64,000 nucleotides of DNA from Okamejei kenojei (Eukaryota): contig CM069174.1 of the NCBI GenBank assembly GCA_035221665.1, forward strand, positions 7,564,001 to 7,628,000, written 5' to 3'. Made by a program: the position numbers and the translations under genes. Below, one piece after another: positions 12,195 through 24,770 of the stretch (position 1 is its first letter; each line of letters begins with the position of its first letter). The notes beneath the pieces were generated by a model. It was not told the origin of the DNA and made no database searches. It saw only the letters and a program-made list of their open reading frames with translations.

Positions 12195-15103
12195 ATCATT
12201 TTTCTGTGTGCCCTTAAGTTGCGGAGTGAGCATGATCAAAGATATTTCTTCTGTATACAAGTGGCAGCTATGCTTCACTGGTATAACTAACTATACAATG
12301 CATTAGTGATTTGAGCTAAATTAATTCAATGCTACTGTTAGCTTGTTTCTTATTTTTGATTTTCTGTTTGTGTGATTGGTATCATTTCATAATCATGCCA
12401 TTTTCTCCGTGGACCACAAGCTGTTCCGAGTAATCGAAGCTCGACCGACGCTCCAGCTTCTGCACTAATTCATTCCACAGTGAAGTTCTTTGCCACACAT
12501 CTTGGGGACAAGGCGCAAAGTGAATGCAAATCTCTCCCAAGTTGCTCACCTGTATTGAATGGAGTTAGGCTGGTACATGCACACTTACTACCATGTGGCA
12601 CTCGCGTGGGAACGAAACATTTCTCCGCTGACGTTGATGTGATGTAAGACTGTTTTCTTTTCCCACCAATAATACATGCATGTTACATATATTCATACCT
12701 TCTGAATTTGTAGTCAGCCGAGCAGTACTCTGCATACCGCCATAGATAGTAAGGCCTCTAAAGACAGTCGAGATTAGAGGAATGGTGGCATAGCACTTTT
12801 CTGGATTACTTGCCAATCAGCGCAATGTATTGGGTGCAGGCGTTGGTGTGGTATTGGCAGTCTTGCGGCTGAATGGCAACACGATGAGATTGGCAAAAGA
12901 GACCTGAACTGATAGAGTTGGTTCACTTTGGAGTGGATGTCCACTCAATGATATATGCAGGTAATGTATCTTGTCAACGCACAATGCTAGTAGAGTAATG
13001 CAAGCAGAGGTCAAGGATGGCTTTTATAATGGTCTCTATTCAACAAAAATGTCCATGTATTGGCTAATGCTTAATAGCCATATGTTCATGTTAATTCTGC
13101 CCATTGTAATGGGAATACCAAAATCAGCACCCAGTGTTTTTTTTAATATACTTTAATAGATAATTTATTTTGACAGTTTTTAAATTGAAAGTTAGGAAAA
13201 CTGCCAATTCTGTTTGGGAATTGCCATTGACTTTTTAACATGTGCTGTACATTTTAGATACACGTTTAGGAAATAACGCATAGTTATGTGAAGGAAATAG
13301 TTAGCCTCGAATGATTAAGGTAGGTAGCAGCTGATGATCAATATATATTCAAAGGTGTGTTTGTCTAAGTTGGAATCTTGTTTAACTATGACTCGGTGGT
13401 CCAGTTGAATAATCAAGGATTTGGCGTTCAGAATGAAGGTTTGAAGTGCCCAGTGCATTAGTTCATTTTGAACAAGGGTCTCTACAGGGGGCACAAGAAC
13501 TGTTGCCATTACAAATTTTCATATTCCATGTGGTTCTTTTCTAGTTTCTTGCTCAGTCGTGCTGCCATAGTGTCTGTAGTTCTTTCTGCTGGTATTAGCT
13601 CACGTCTGCGACCAACAGAATGGGAATTTGTGGAGTACAAGGTATCACTTAAATGTTGTTAAAAATTTATAACAGAACTTGTGTGATAGAAACTGCTTTG
13701 GTTACTGTGAACTTTGGACCAAATCAGTCAGAAATGCGTGAACTTGGAACAATGTGCTGCTATAATATGAAGTGATGGGAAGTTCATGCCGTCAATTCCT
13801 TGTAGCTCAGGTGAATGATAATAGGTGCAGGAGTAGGCCATTCAGCCCTTCGAGCCAGCACCGCCATTCAATGTGATCATGGCTGATCATCCACAATCAG
13901 TACCCCGTTCCTGCCTTCTCCCCATATAACGGAGTCAGGGGATCTTTAAGAGCCCTATCTAGCTCTCTTGAAAGCATCCAGAGAACTTGCCTTCACTGCC
14001 CTCTGAGGCAGAGAATTCCACAGAATGGGAGATTGTTTTTCTCCTGAGGAAGACTGGGTATATTAAAAGATGCTGTAACTTTGGTTTAGGTACCAGAGCA
14101 ACACCCAGAGTTCTTGACATGAATTTGAATCCAGTCGTGGCAGCTGAGAAACATAGATTGGAGTGATTAAATAAATCGAGTATTTAAGGAAACCGCTAGC
14201 CTTGGTAACCGTAACCATGAAGCTACTGGATTGTTGTAAAAGACCCACCTGGTTCGCTAAAGTCCCTCGGGGAAAGAAATCTGTCATACTTACCTGGTCT
14301 GGCCTAGTAACTCCAACCAACTATTTCAAAATGGACGCCTCAGCAGGGCCAATCAGGAATGGATGATGAATATTGGCATTGCAGTAATGTCCACATTCCA
14401 TGAATGAAATGTTAAAAAAATTCTGAGAATCAGTTTTCCCATCTAAGAGGCATATAGAGTAGAATCAACGAACTGCAGATGCTGGTTTGCACACAAGGAC
14501 ATGTAGTGCTAGAGTAACTCAGCAGGTCATCTCTGGAGAACATGGACACACTAGCAGAAGCCTTGTTGAGGCAAAGCAGTCGGGTTACTGCCTTACAGCG
14601 CTATAGACTCTGGTTTGATCCTGACTACGAGTGCTGGCGATACAAAGTTTGTACGTTCTCCCCGTGACCTGTGTGGGTTTTCACCGGGATCTCTCGTTTC
14701 CTCCTGCACTCCAAAGACGTACAGGTTTGTAGGTGAATTGGCTTGGACATTGAAAATGAATGAATTATACTTTATTTTGACTGTGGCTAAAACTGAGCCC
14801 GCAAATGTGTTTCTAGAAATTGTATGAGATGAGCAAATCAAAAATACTCCGTTTTAGATCCTGTGATCTTCCCCCTCTCAAGCCTTCGGGTCGAGTTTGC
14901 TGCTTATTTTCACCTCGGACAGTCTTGATGCTTATTTACTTTGAGCACGAGTGATTGGGAGAAAAGCTCTATGCTGCCGTTTTCCTTTTCTCGCTGAGGC
15001 CGTTGATGTCCATTTGTTGTCGCTCTACAGATGACTTGGCAGAGAGTAGTTAGCTCAGCCCACTTGAAGAAATGACTCTGATACTTTTTGCTTGCTACAG
15101 TTA

Positions 15104-15452
15104 AGAGCCTGTCCCACTTTCCTGAGCTATTCACGACTTCTGAGTTATTCACGAATTCTCCCGACTTTTCAAACTCGCAGAATGTTCGTAACAAGTCTGT
15201 AGGAGTCCATGGATATATCTTAGCGGCTCGTTATGCCAGCCGTAGGTACGCGGGGCTATTTTTTTTACTCTTAGACATTTTTCATCATGCCGATAAAACG
15301 TCCCGACTTCCCTGATGCCCCACGTATCTACGGCTGGCATAGCGAGCCGCTACGATATATCCACAGACTCATTACAAACATTCTGCGAGTTTGCGAATTC
15401 GGGAATAACTCGGGAGAATTCGCGAATAACTCGGGAAAGTGGGACGGGCCCT
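15104..15452. mobile_element. PIF/Harbinger-type palindromic MITE
   Basis: TIRs agagcctgtcccac / gtgggacgggccct; TTA TSD on both sides. Confidence 0.85.
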
Positions 15453-16190
15453 TTAAGCATACACAGAGCTATGTCTGTGGTACTTCATAGATGGCATCAG
15501 GGTTTGATCCCAGCAGAGGGAGAATTGTTTGTATCTTTATACCGCCCATTGTGGAACTAGACCTGAATCTGGTTCAAGGGAATTGGGATTTCTAATGGTC
15601 ATCCCGTGGTTCTTGGCACTGGAGTATTGACTTTTAACAGGATTTTAATTTCAAAGAAAAATGGAAATGATTTTACTGTAAGTAACTATCAGAAATGTGT
15701 TGCTTGCTGTGTGTGATGTGTGGACTACTGGTGACTGGTTAAAAACACTTCCAAAACTAGTGAATAAAAGTTGAAACGTTATCAATCAAAACTTGTGGTT
15801 GCTTGCTTTTAATTGGTTTTGCTTTCAGAAAGTGGTTGGATGGGTTGGTACTTTGTGCCATCTTAATGGAGCACCAGCCAGAAAACTATTAGTCCCACTT
15901 TGATACATTATAAAATGGCTGGCTTAAAGAATCAAAGGTGCAATACCTTTGGACCACCAAGTGCCTGGATATGGTGTCAAATTCAAATTCCATATGATAC
16001 GACCAATACCTAACTCTGCAAATGTCAGCTTTGATCCAGTGGTCTGAGTCTGTCGCTTTAAACTCATGCACTGGGCATGGAATTTTGTTCACTACTCCAC
16101 AGTATTGAGTATTGTGCACCGAAGCAATGTCTTGTCTCCTTCTCCACTGAACGCAAATCATGCATTGGTACTATTTGAAAGGGGGTTTCT

Positions 16191-16268
16191 CGACCCGAAA
16201 CGTCGCCTATCTCCTTCGCTCCTTAGATGCTGCTGCACCCGCTGAGTTTCTCCAGCTTTTTGTGTACC
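16191..16268 (+). mobile_element. Penelope-derived short element between 32-bp direct repeats
   Basis: 16159-16190 is identical to 16269-16300. Confidence 0.8.
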
Positions 16269-16735
16269 CATGCATTGGTACTATTTGAAAGGGGGTTTCT
16301 TGACGGGGGGGGGGGGGGGGGATTATTAATCCCTCGATCAACATCTCAATAGATCAATTTGTTATCACTGTGGGAGATTGCTCTGTGAAAATTGCCTCTC
16401 ACATTTCCTACAGTACAATACCTCAAATTAACTTTTGCTGCAAAACACTCATGTTCAGAAGAAGCAGAGGGTTGTACGGAGACGCATAACTTTCTTGTGG
16501 AAAATCGTCCTAAAATTGTATGACTTGAATTGCCGCTTGAATATCTTTCGTGCTAAAGTAAGAGATTCCGTTCTGCAAGTAGGTGGTCGGGGAGATAGAA
16601 AGATCTTGTGTCTCATTTCTCATGTCTGAGTCAATTGATCTCGGCCGATGCAAGGTAAAGACTAAAGGACTTTGACTGAAATCTGAAATTTAACCAGAAA
16701 CCGTAAGAATCAAAGTCTGTAACATCTGTGGATAA

Positions 16736-17016
16736 TGGGCTTGTCTCACGATGCGAGTTTACCCAAGAGCTCTCCCGAGTTTAAAAAAAAAAGAGCTCGT
16801 GGTAAGTACGTAGAATGTACGTCTGAGCTCGTGGATGTCTTGTAGCGGCTCGTAATGCCAACGGCAGGTACGCGGGAAACGCGGTAACTCGAAGTTTTTT
16901 CAACACCAAAAAATGTCCAAGAGTAAAAAAATACTCGTGATGAAGTACCACGAGTTTGATTTTTTTTTTAAACTTGGGAGAGCTCTTGGGTAAACTCACA
17001 TCGTGGGACAGGCCCT
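16736..17016. mobile_element. PIF/Harbinger-type palindromic MITE
   Basis: TIRs tgggcttgtctcac / gtgggacaggccct; TAA TSD; interior related to 59167-59496. Confidence 0.85.
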
Positions 17017-17564
17017 TAACTTTTTTTTCCTTCGTTTTAAGTCTAACAATATAAGATTCTGCAATTGGATTGTGTCTTATCACAGAAAGGAAAACATTCT
17101 CTTCGATGGTGAAGGCCAGACCCAAGTAGCCTTAACAGCGTCCAATTAATTAACTAATCAAGAAGAAGTCAGTTCCCTGATAGAAAATTCCAAAACGGTT
17201 ATCCATAAGCATACATTTCAATGCAGTTTAATTTAAAGCATTAAATTCTGCTATTAGTAAAAACATTAAATTCTGCTATTAGTTAAATGCATCTACCACA
17301 GGTTTCTGTGCGGCCACTGTGATGTCTTGTAAAATGTCTGACTCATCCTTGTGCGCCAACAGGTTGTTCAATGCTTATTGCCTTATCAGATGTGGCAGAC
17401 GTAAGGTGCAAATTCACTTCTGTAAACCGTCATGATCGGCAGTAAGTCAGAGGAAAGGCAGTTTTAAAATGGAGGATGGATTTGAGAGAGTGCGGGAAAA
17501 TTTTTCCTTCCACGCTGGGTATGAAGTTGGTTTTGTGGGTAACAAGGAAGGTGAAGTAGGCAGC

Positions 17565-18050
17565 GTAGGTTCACGAGATTGATCTCTGGGATGGCGGGAC
17601 AGTCATATGAGCAAAGATTGAAAAGACTAGGCTTGTACTCACTAGAGTTTAGAAGGATGAGGGGGATCTTATAGAAACATATACAATTATAAAAGGACTG
17701 GACAAGCTAGATGCAGGAAAAATGTTCCCAATGTTGGGCGAGTCCAGAACCAGGGGCCACACAGTCTTACAATAAAGGGGAGGTCATTTAAGACTGAGGT
17801 GAGAAAAAACTTTTTCACCCAGAGAGTTGTGAATGTGTGGAATTCCCTGCCACAGAGGGCAGTGGAGGCCAAATCACTGGATGGATTTAAGAGAGAGTTA
17901 GATAGAGCTCTAGGGGCAAGTGGAGTCAAGGGATATGGGGAGAAGGCAGGCACGGGTTATTGATTGGGGACGATCAGCCATGATTACAATGAATGGCGGT
18001 GCTGGCTCGCAGGGCCGAATGGCCTCCTCCTGCACCTATTTTCTATGTTA
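17565..18050 (+). mobile_element. CR1 LINE 3' end
   Basis: Degenerate RGDLIETY/TRGH/RVVNVWNSLP coding sequence plus the shared CR1 3' UTR. Confidence 0.85.
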
Positions 18051-18139
18051 AGTGAATGGAGATGATGAGTAAATAAGATCTCGGGGAAGAGGTGGTCACG
18101 AGAGATGATGCAGCCAAGCAAATTGAAAAGTAAACACTG

Positions 18140-18545
18140 GTATTTCTATACAATCTTTTACAACATTGGAACATCCTGAAATACTATCCAACTTTAAAAT
18201 GGAGTCACCGTTGTCACATGGGAAACACATCAAAAGCTTATCGCGTGCAACTAACTCCAGTAAATGGGAATATAATAACTTTGTTCGTGACATTGGGGAT
18301 AGGTATTGGCAAAGACATGGGAGAACTCCTTTGCTCTTAAATAGTGCTGCAGCATATTTACCCCTCACCTGAGGGAGGAGATCAGGCCTTTGTTTCGCAT
18401 CTCATTCACAAAGCAGTATTTCAGATGATGCGTTCTTTTAAAAGTGTTACACTGATGTGTCAGTCCAGATATCTCGAGTCTCTGGAGTTCGCCTTTAACC
18501 CACAACCTGCTGACTCTGGTAAGAGTGTTACCCGTGGAGCACATA
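18140..18545 (-). mobile_element. Old SacSINE1/DeuSINE-like SINE
   Basis: Minus strand reads ...gtcagcaggttgtgggttaa...tccagagact...ctgacac...gaatgagatg...aaacaaaggcc...ccctcaggtg...gcactattt...ggagttctccc, matching my recollection of the Deu-domain SINE layout. Confidence 0.6.
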
Positions 18546-20582
18546 TACAAAATAGGCGGGAGATCTTTACGCAGAATCCATTCTAAAGGATTCCTTGCTT
18601 TTTAAACCAGGCCTGTTTTGTAATTATACTTGTAAGCAAATCCATTGCAAGTGTAGCCCTGGGTACTTTATGTAGTTCAGTTCAGTTTTATTTGTCAAAG
18701 CAGTATTAACACAGGGTCCACGGTACAATGAAATGTGTTTGACAAGACAACAGGTCACCTCAGCAATGATATTACAAGGAAAAAGTTACGGTAAAACAGA
18801 GATAAGATAAAAGTGACATTGGTAGGTAAAGGACAATAATAAATAAAATAATCAACATATATGATGTGTTTATGAGTTCAGAAGCCTGATGGCATGATGA
18901 TATATGTTAAATATCTGCGTCGGCAGACTTTTTGAAATGCTATAGCCTTTGCATTAACTCTGCTTTTTAAGTGCTGCCATCTGCATTCAGTCGATGGAGA
19001 AGGCATCATGGATCTGTAAAGTTGACTCAGTCGTCCTATGGGTCGTCCATGTGAAACGTTTCACCCAAAATAACTAGATATGCAAAAAGACCGTTTAGTT
19101 TAGCGATATAGGGTGGAAACGGGGCCCCCCCGAGTCCGCACAAGTTCCTTTGGGTCGTGGAAGGGGCCATTGGTGGTGTTGCTGGTGGGTGACTATTTCG
19201 GGGAGCAGTCAGTTTCTGGGCCGCTTGATTAAGTCGACTTCGAATAACTGGGTGTTTGGCAAGGTGAATAGTTCTGACAGTTGAGAGCATAAATGAAATG
19301 GAACAAATCTAATATTGTGAGGCTGGAATAAAGTAAAAATACAAAATAAATGAAACAAAATGAATCGAGGAAGAGTCATTGTATAGTTTGTCACTGCTAG
19401 TGACGCTAGGCTTGGCATTGATTGCATCACATCAATATTCACGTCTTGTCAATATTCACATCTGAGGCTCATGGAAGTGAAGCCATTAAGTGGGAGAAGC
19501 CAAGCTTTGCAAACCCGTAAGTTTGCAGATGGCCAATCCATTTTAGTACTGTTGAAGTCAAAACACTTGCAGTGTAAGAAATATATCGGGCAGATTGCGA
19601 AGAAGTTCCCAGAAGCGGCTCCAATATCAATTTGAAATTTAAACTGTCAGTTTAGCATAGTTGACATGAGGAAAAATGGCAAAGGTTGGCATCGTTGAGT
19701 TTATTGTCTTCTGCACAAGTGTGATAATTGCACCTGTACCTCAACTTCTTACAATTAGCATCACAAGCCCATAGACTCAGACACTCAACAGCACAAGCCA
19801 AAAATGGTGTCTGCATTACCAGCTGCTGCTTTTGACTCTTCCTTTGCTAGCAGGGCAACTCTCAATCAGCTCTTTGACTCGAACCCATTGGTTTGGTTGC
19901 TATCATTGGATTTGTCTCTTCTGCACATTTGTTCCAGTTGATCGTGGTTTAGGATAGAAATGTTGAGGGTGGCAACACGTCCCAGTTTCCTTGATAACAT
20001 TTGCAAAATGCTGGATATGAATAATAACAACTTGCCCACAGATGAATAACGCAGAGGATTTTGAATTCTGTCCACTTGAACCTAATGATTTGACTGGGAT
20101 ATTTTCAATCCAGGATGCAATTGGATTACAACTCGGGGAATATCCATAGTGTCAGTATTTCCATAACTCTTCTGTAATTTATTACAACACCACCAATTAT
20201 ATTTGTAAAGCACTTTCCACAAAGTAATGGCAGTGACATTCATACTAACTCCATTCAGAGACAATGGTCGGCACGGCACAACGGTGGAGCTGCTGCTTTA
20301 CAACGTCAGAGACCCGGGTTTGATCCTGACTCCGGTGCTGTCTGTACGGAGTTTGTATGTTCTCCCTGTGACCCACCCACACTCCAAAGACGTACAGGTT
20401 TGTAGGTTAATTGGCTTGGTATAAATGTAAAAAAATTAAGAGCCTGGATGGTGTTATCTAGGCAGTAGGAGGAGGAAGCAGCCATAGTATGGACAAAAAG
20501 TATTTATATCATAAATGTTTAACATTTTACAATGTTCCAAGGCACTTCACAGAACTATGGGCACCAAGGTAACCAATAAATC

Positions 20583-20675
20583 AGCAGTCTGAAGAAGGGT
20601 CTCGACCCGAAACGTCGCCTATCCCCTTCGCTCCTTAGATGCTGCTGCACCCGCTGAGTTTCTCCAGCTTTTTGT
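20583..20675 (+). mobile_element. Penelope-derived short element with hammerhead-like core
   Basis: CTGAAGA-aGGGTC-tc-GACCC-GAAA-CGTC at 20589-20616; 14-bp TSD gtaaccaataaatc at 20569-20582 and 20676-20689. Confidence 0.85.
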
Positions 20676-22896
20676 GTAACCAATAAATCTGCCTAGATTT
20701 AACAAGTGATTGAAAGTATGGTTTACACAGTGACAGGACATTCTCCAATAACCCAATACACAGTTTAGGCATCACCAGGACCACACAGCTCCCACCCTCA
20801 TCACAGCACGTGTCTAACTATGGAGCGAATGGACCTCAAGAGAAAAGCACTCTCAATAGTTGGGGTCACTGCGCACAGAAAGAAAGATGCTCCACTATCT
20901 CAGAGCATCGAGGTCAACTATAGCGATATGCTCACAATCTTACTTGGTGTCAGATAACAAAGTACTTGAATAGCCTTCCAGTGGGCAGCAAGGTCGATAT
21001 ATAACACTGACTCCCTCTATTAGAAATTGATGTTCTTCAATGAAAACATTTATTCTTTCCTCTTCACCTTTATCATTGCAATAATAAATCTTTATCTTTG
21101 ACAATTCATTGCTGATTGACTGAAAGGTTTTTGTGTAAAATGTTTGGTGAAAAAATGTAAGTGCGCTAAATATTTACCCCTCGGGCATCTTAAGTTTCCC
21201 AAATTCACAATGCATTGTGAAAGTTAACCAGGTTATTATGTATCCTAGCTGAACGCATCTGTCGGAGTGTTCATTGTCCAGACTGATGGCGGGTCTGTTC
21301 ATGTGGTAAGTTGAGGAAAAATGTAACCCCAAATTTGAGGTTGAAGCTCAGCCGCAAGACTCATCCAGCAAGAACCCGCTCCGTTCTATTTTAACAACCT
21401 CTTCAAGGCAACATAGAAACATAGAAAATAGGTGCAGGAGGAGGCCATTCGGCCCTTCGAGCCAACATCGCTATTCAATGTGATCATGGCTGATCATCCA
21501 ACTCAGTATCCCGTACCTGCCTTCTCTCCATACCCCCTGATCCCTTTAGCCACAAGGGCCACGGCAAACAACAGCAATACCTATTCCCCTTCCCCAAGAT
21601 GGATAAGAACTTCAGCCACGATTTGAACTGGTGCTCAGAGTGGGTGGGGGGGGAGAAGCCCAAGTAAGTAGGTGTTTCAACTTGTCCTTTCCCTGTGGCA
21701 GTGCTGAGAGGAGGAAGGGGTGCAGGTTGAAGCTCACCTCGGCTGCCTCAACCTCCTCCCAATGTCCTGACCAGCAGGGTCCAATCACCCAGCTGCCAGC
21801 AGCCGCCTCATCCTGACAATCACCCAGTGGTCAACTCTGCACCATGCAAACCTTGGAGGTGACTATTAACAGGAGAATGGCCCACAGAGCGCATCGTCCG
21901 GCCAGGCTGACCCTTGCAACTCTGGCCAAGTACCGCCAGCAGGACAACAGGCGCCTATGGCCAAGTTAAGACTGCATTTTTAACAAATTTGATCTTGAAG
22001 GGTGCAAGAAGGCGCTGGAAACATGGCGACTGTTGTATACTGCCTCAGTGTAATATGCTATCCTTGTACTTAAGACTTAAGTATGGTTATGCCAATGTAT
22101 ATTAAGTTTTTTACTGAATATGCAAACAAGGTGTTTCACTGTACCTTGGTACATGTGACAATAAAGTACATTGAATTTGGGCATTCATCACTGAGACTCA
22201 AGCTGTTTCTGCCCAACATGCACGAACCCCAGGCAGATTTCACCAAAGAGCTGTACGATCACAGGAAATGAGACGCTACCTTGCTGTACCTTTGTGTCTC
22301 TGGGGTACGAGAAGCTGAGAGTCACTGTTTGCCATCTGGTGATGTTTATTAAAGGAGAACTGAACTAACTGGATCTCATAAAGTCGTGCTGATCTGCGCT
22401 AAATATTTGCACCTTCAGCCTTGTGATGTTCGAGACCTTGGCTCAACTCCTGCCCTCTCTGCCGCCGCCATACTCCAGACGTGACGGGGCAGGAGGATGT
22501 TTTTTGTGCTTTTTAGATTGCTTCTCTGCATTTGCTTTCACCTTTCCCCTCCTTTCCCATGAGTGGTGCGGGGCACAGGTGCCGCACTGTCTGCGCAAAG
22601 AGACATCCGTTGGCGGAAAATTCATCGTTTTGAGTCACCTGAGAATGTTTGCTTCCCAGGAAGGTCGCAAGGTTTCATCCGCAATCTGCGCTAGTGCAGC
22701 AGGTAAGGGCTGTGCGTGTGGTCTTTGCAGTGGAAAGAGGCAAAAATCACCTTTGCTGCTGTCCCAAAGTGAGTGGGTGATTCGAGGACAGCAGCAGGCT
22801 GCATTGGAATGTCTCCCTCCAATCACTACCCTAACCCTTCCACAGTTTATAGAATCGAGGAACTGCAGATGCTGGTTTACAAAAAAAAGAATGACC

Positions 22897-23168
22897 CGGT
22901 GGCGCGGCGGTAGAGTTGCTGCCTTGCAGAGCCAAAGCCCTCGATTCCATCCCGACTACGGGTGCTGCCTGTACAGAGTTTATATGTTCCCGTGACCTGC
23001 GTGGGTTTTCTCCGGGTGCTCTGGTTTCCACCCACACTCCAAAGACGTGCAGGTTTGCAGGTTAATTGACTTTGGTAAACATTGTCCCTGGTGTGCAGGA
23101 CAGTGCTAGTGTGTGGGGTGATCGCTGGTCAGCGCGGGCTGAAGGGCCTGTTTCCACACTGTACCTCT
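22897..23168 (+). mobile_element. HE1-like tRNA-derived V-SINE
   Basis: tRNA-like head with A/B-box-like motifs, V-domain core (gtgggttttctccgggtgctc...cccacactccaaagac), CR1-derived tail gggctgaagggcctgtttcc. Confidence 0.85.
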
Positions 23169-23204
23169 TAAAAGGTAAAATTAAAATATATCTAAAACAA
23201 TGGA

Positions 23205-23600
23205 CACAAAGTGCTGGAGTAACTCAGCGGGTCAGGCAGGATCTGTGGAGAACATGGATAGGTGACGTTTCACAGAGTGCTGGAGTAACTCAGCGGGTCA
23301 GGCAGCATCTGTGGAGAACACGGATAGGTGACGTTTCACAGAGTGCTGGAGTAACTCAGCGGGTCAGGCAGCATCTGTGGAGAACATGGATAGGTGACGT
23401 TTCACAGAGTGCTGGAGTAACTCAGCGGGTCAGGCAGCATCTGTGGAGAACATGGATAGGTGACGTTTCACAGAGTGCTGGAGTAACTCAGCGGGTCAGG
23501 CAGCATCTGTGGAGAACACGGATAGGTGACGTTTCACAGAGTGCTGGAGTAACTCAGCGGGTCAGGCAGCATCTGTGGAGAACATGGATAGGTGACGTTT
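23205..23600. repeat. 6 x 66-bp tandem array derived from the Penelope short element
   Basis: Units start at 23205, 23271, 23337, 23403, 23469 and 23535. Confidence 0.95.
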
Positions 23601-24649
23601 TGAGTCGGGACCCTTCTGAGTTTCTCCAGTACTTTGTGTCTTTAGTCAATAGTGCTTAACTGTCACATGTACCAACAACAGAACAATGACATTCTTACTA
23701 ACGGCAGCATAACTGGCCTGTAGCACAATACACATAGATGATATTTACTCAATAAATTCATAACCACTATACCAGTGCAAAAAATACAGTCCTTAGTGCA
23801 ACCAAAGACATTTCATAGTTTATTGGTTAGTGTTGTGCAGTTCAGCTGTAAAAAATATATCCTACTTGAGATGAACAGGAATATTTTTAATGTGGACTCA
23901 TAATGAAACCATGAAGTATAACTGCCCTCATAGCAATGTTTATGTGTAATTCCAAAACCGGTCGAGCAGCAGGAGTTGTGTAATTGCACTTTCTTTAAAT
24001 TATGGGCCAAACTCTGACACGTACAAAGTGTAACTCATAGAGTGATGCAGTGTTTAAACAGGCCCTTCGGCCCAACTATTCCCACCTGCCTGCGTTTGGT
24101 CCATATCCGTCCAAACCTGTCCTATCCATGTACCTGTCTAACTTTTTCTTAAATGTTGGGATAATCCCTGCCTCAACTTCCTCCCATAGAAACATTCAAA
24201 ATAGGTGCAGGAGGAGGTCATCCGGCCCTTCGGGCCAGCACTGCCATTCATTGTGATCATGGCTGATCGCCCCCAATCAATAACCCATGCCTGCCTTCTC
24301 CCCATATCCCTTGATTCCACTAGCCCCTAGAGCTCTATCTAACTCCCCTGGCAGCTCGTTCCTTACACCCACCACCCTCCGTGTGAAAAAGTTACCCCTC
24401 AGATTCCTATTAAATCTTTTCCCCTTCACTGTAAACCTGTGTCCTCTGGTCCTCGATTCACCCACTCTGGGCAAGAGATTCTGCATCTACCCAATCTATT
24501 GCTCTCATGATTTTATACACAGCAATGTGGTTCTCTGACTTCTTCCAGACTGAGCCAGAAACAGCGCAGGTAATGTCATTTCTTAATCCCGCCCATGTTA
24601 CAGAAACTTTAGCATCAGTATGAAGTGGGAGGACATTGTCGGTGAATGA

Positions 24650-24770
24650 CCCACCGGCCAACCTGAGGAGCACCTTCAGCAGCAGACTGGTGCCACCAAG
24701 ATGCAGCACAGAACGCCGCAGGAGATCCTTCCTCCCTGTTTTCCCTCGGGTTAAATAAAGTTCTATCGTG
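24650..24770 (+). mobile_element. Rex1/Babar LINE 3' end
   Basis: STFSSRLVPPRCSTERRRRSFLP-like C-terminus followed by an aataaagttctatc tail. Confidence 0.6.

Noticed and set aside
23066-23659. 197-aa ORF with 22-aa repeats
   Set aside because: By-product of the 66-bp TE-derived array. It is also not CRISPR: no unique spacers, eukaryotic context.
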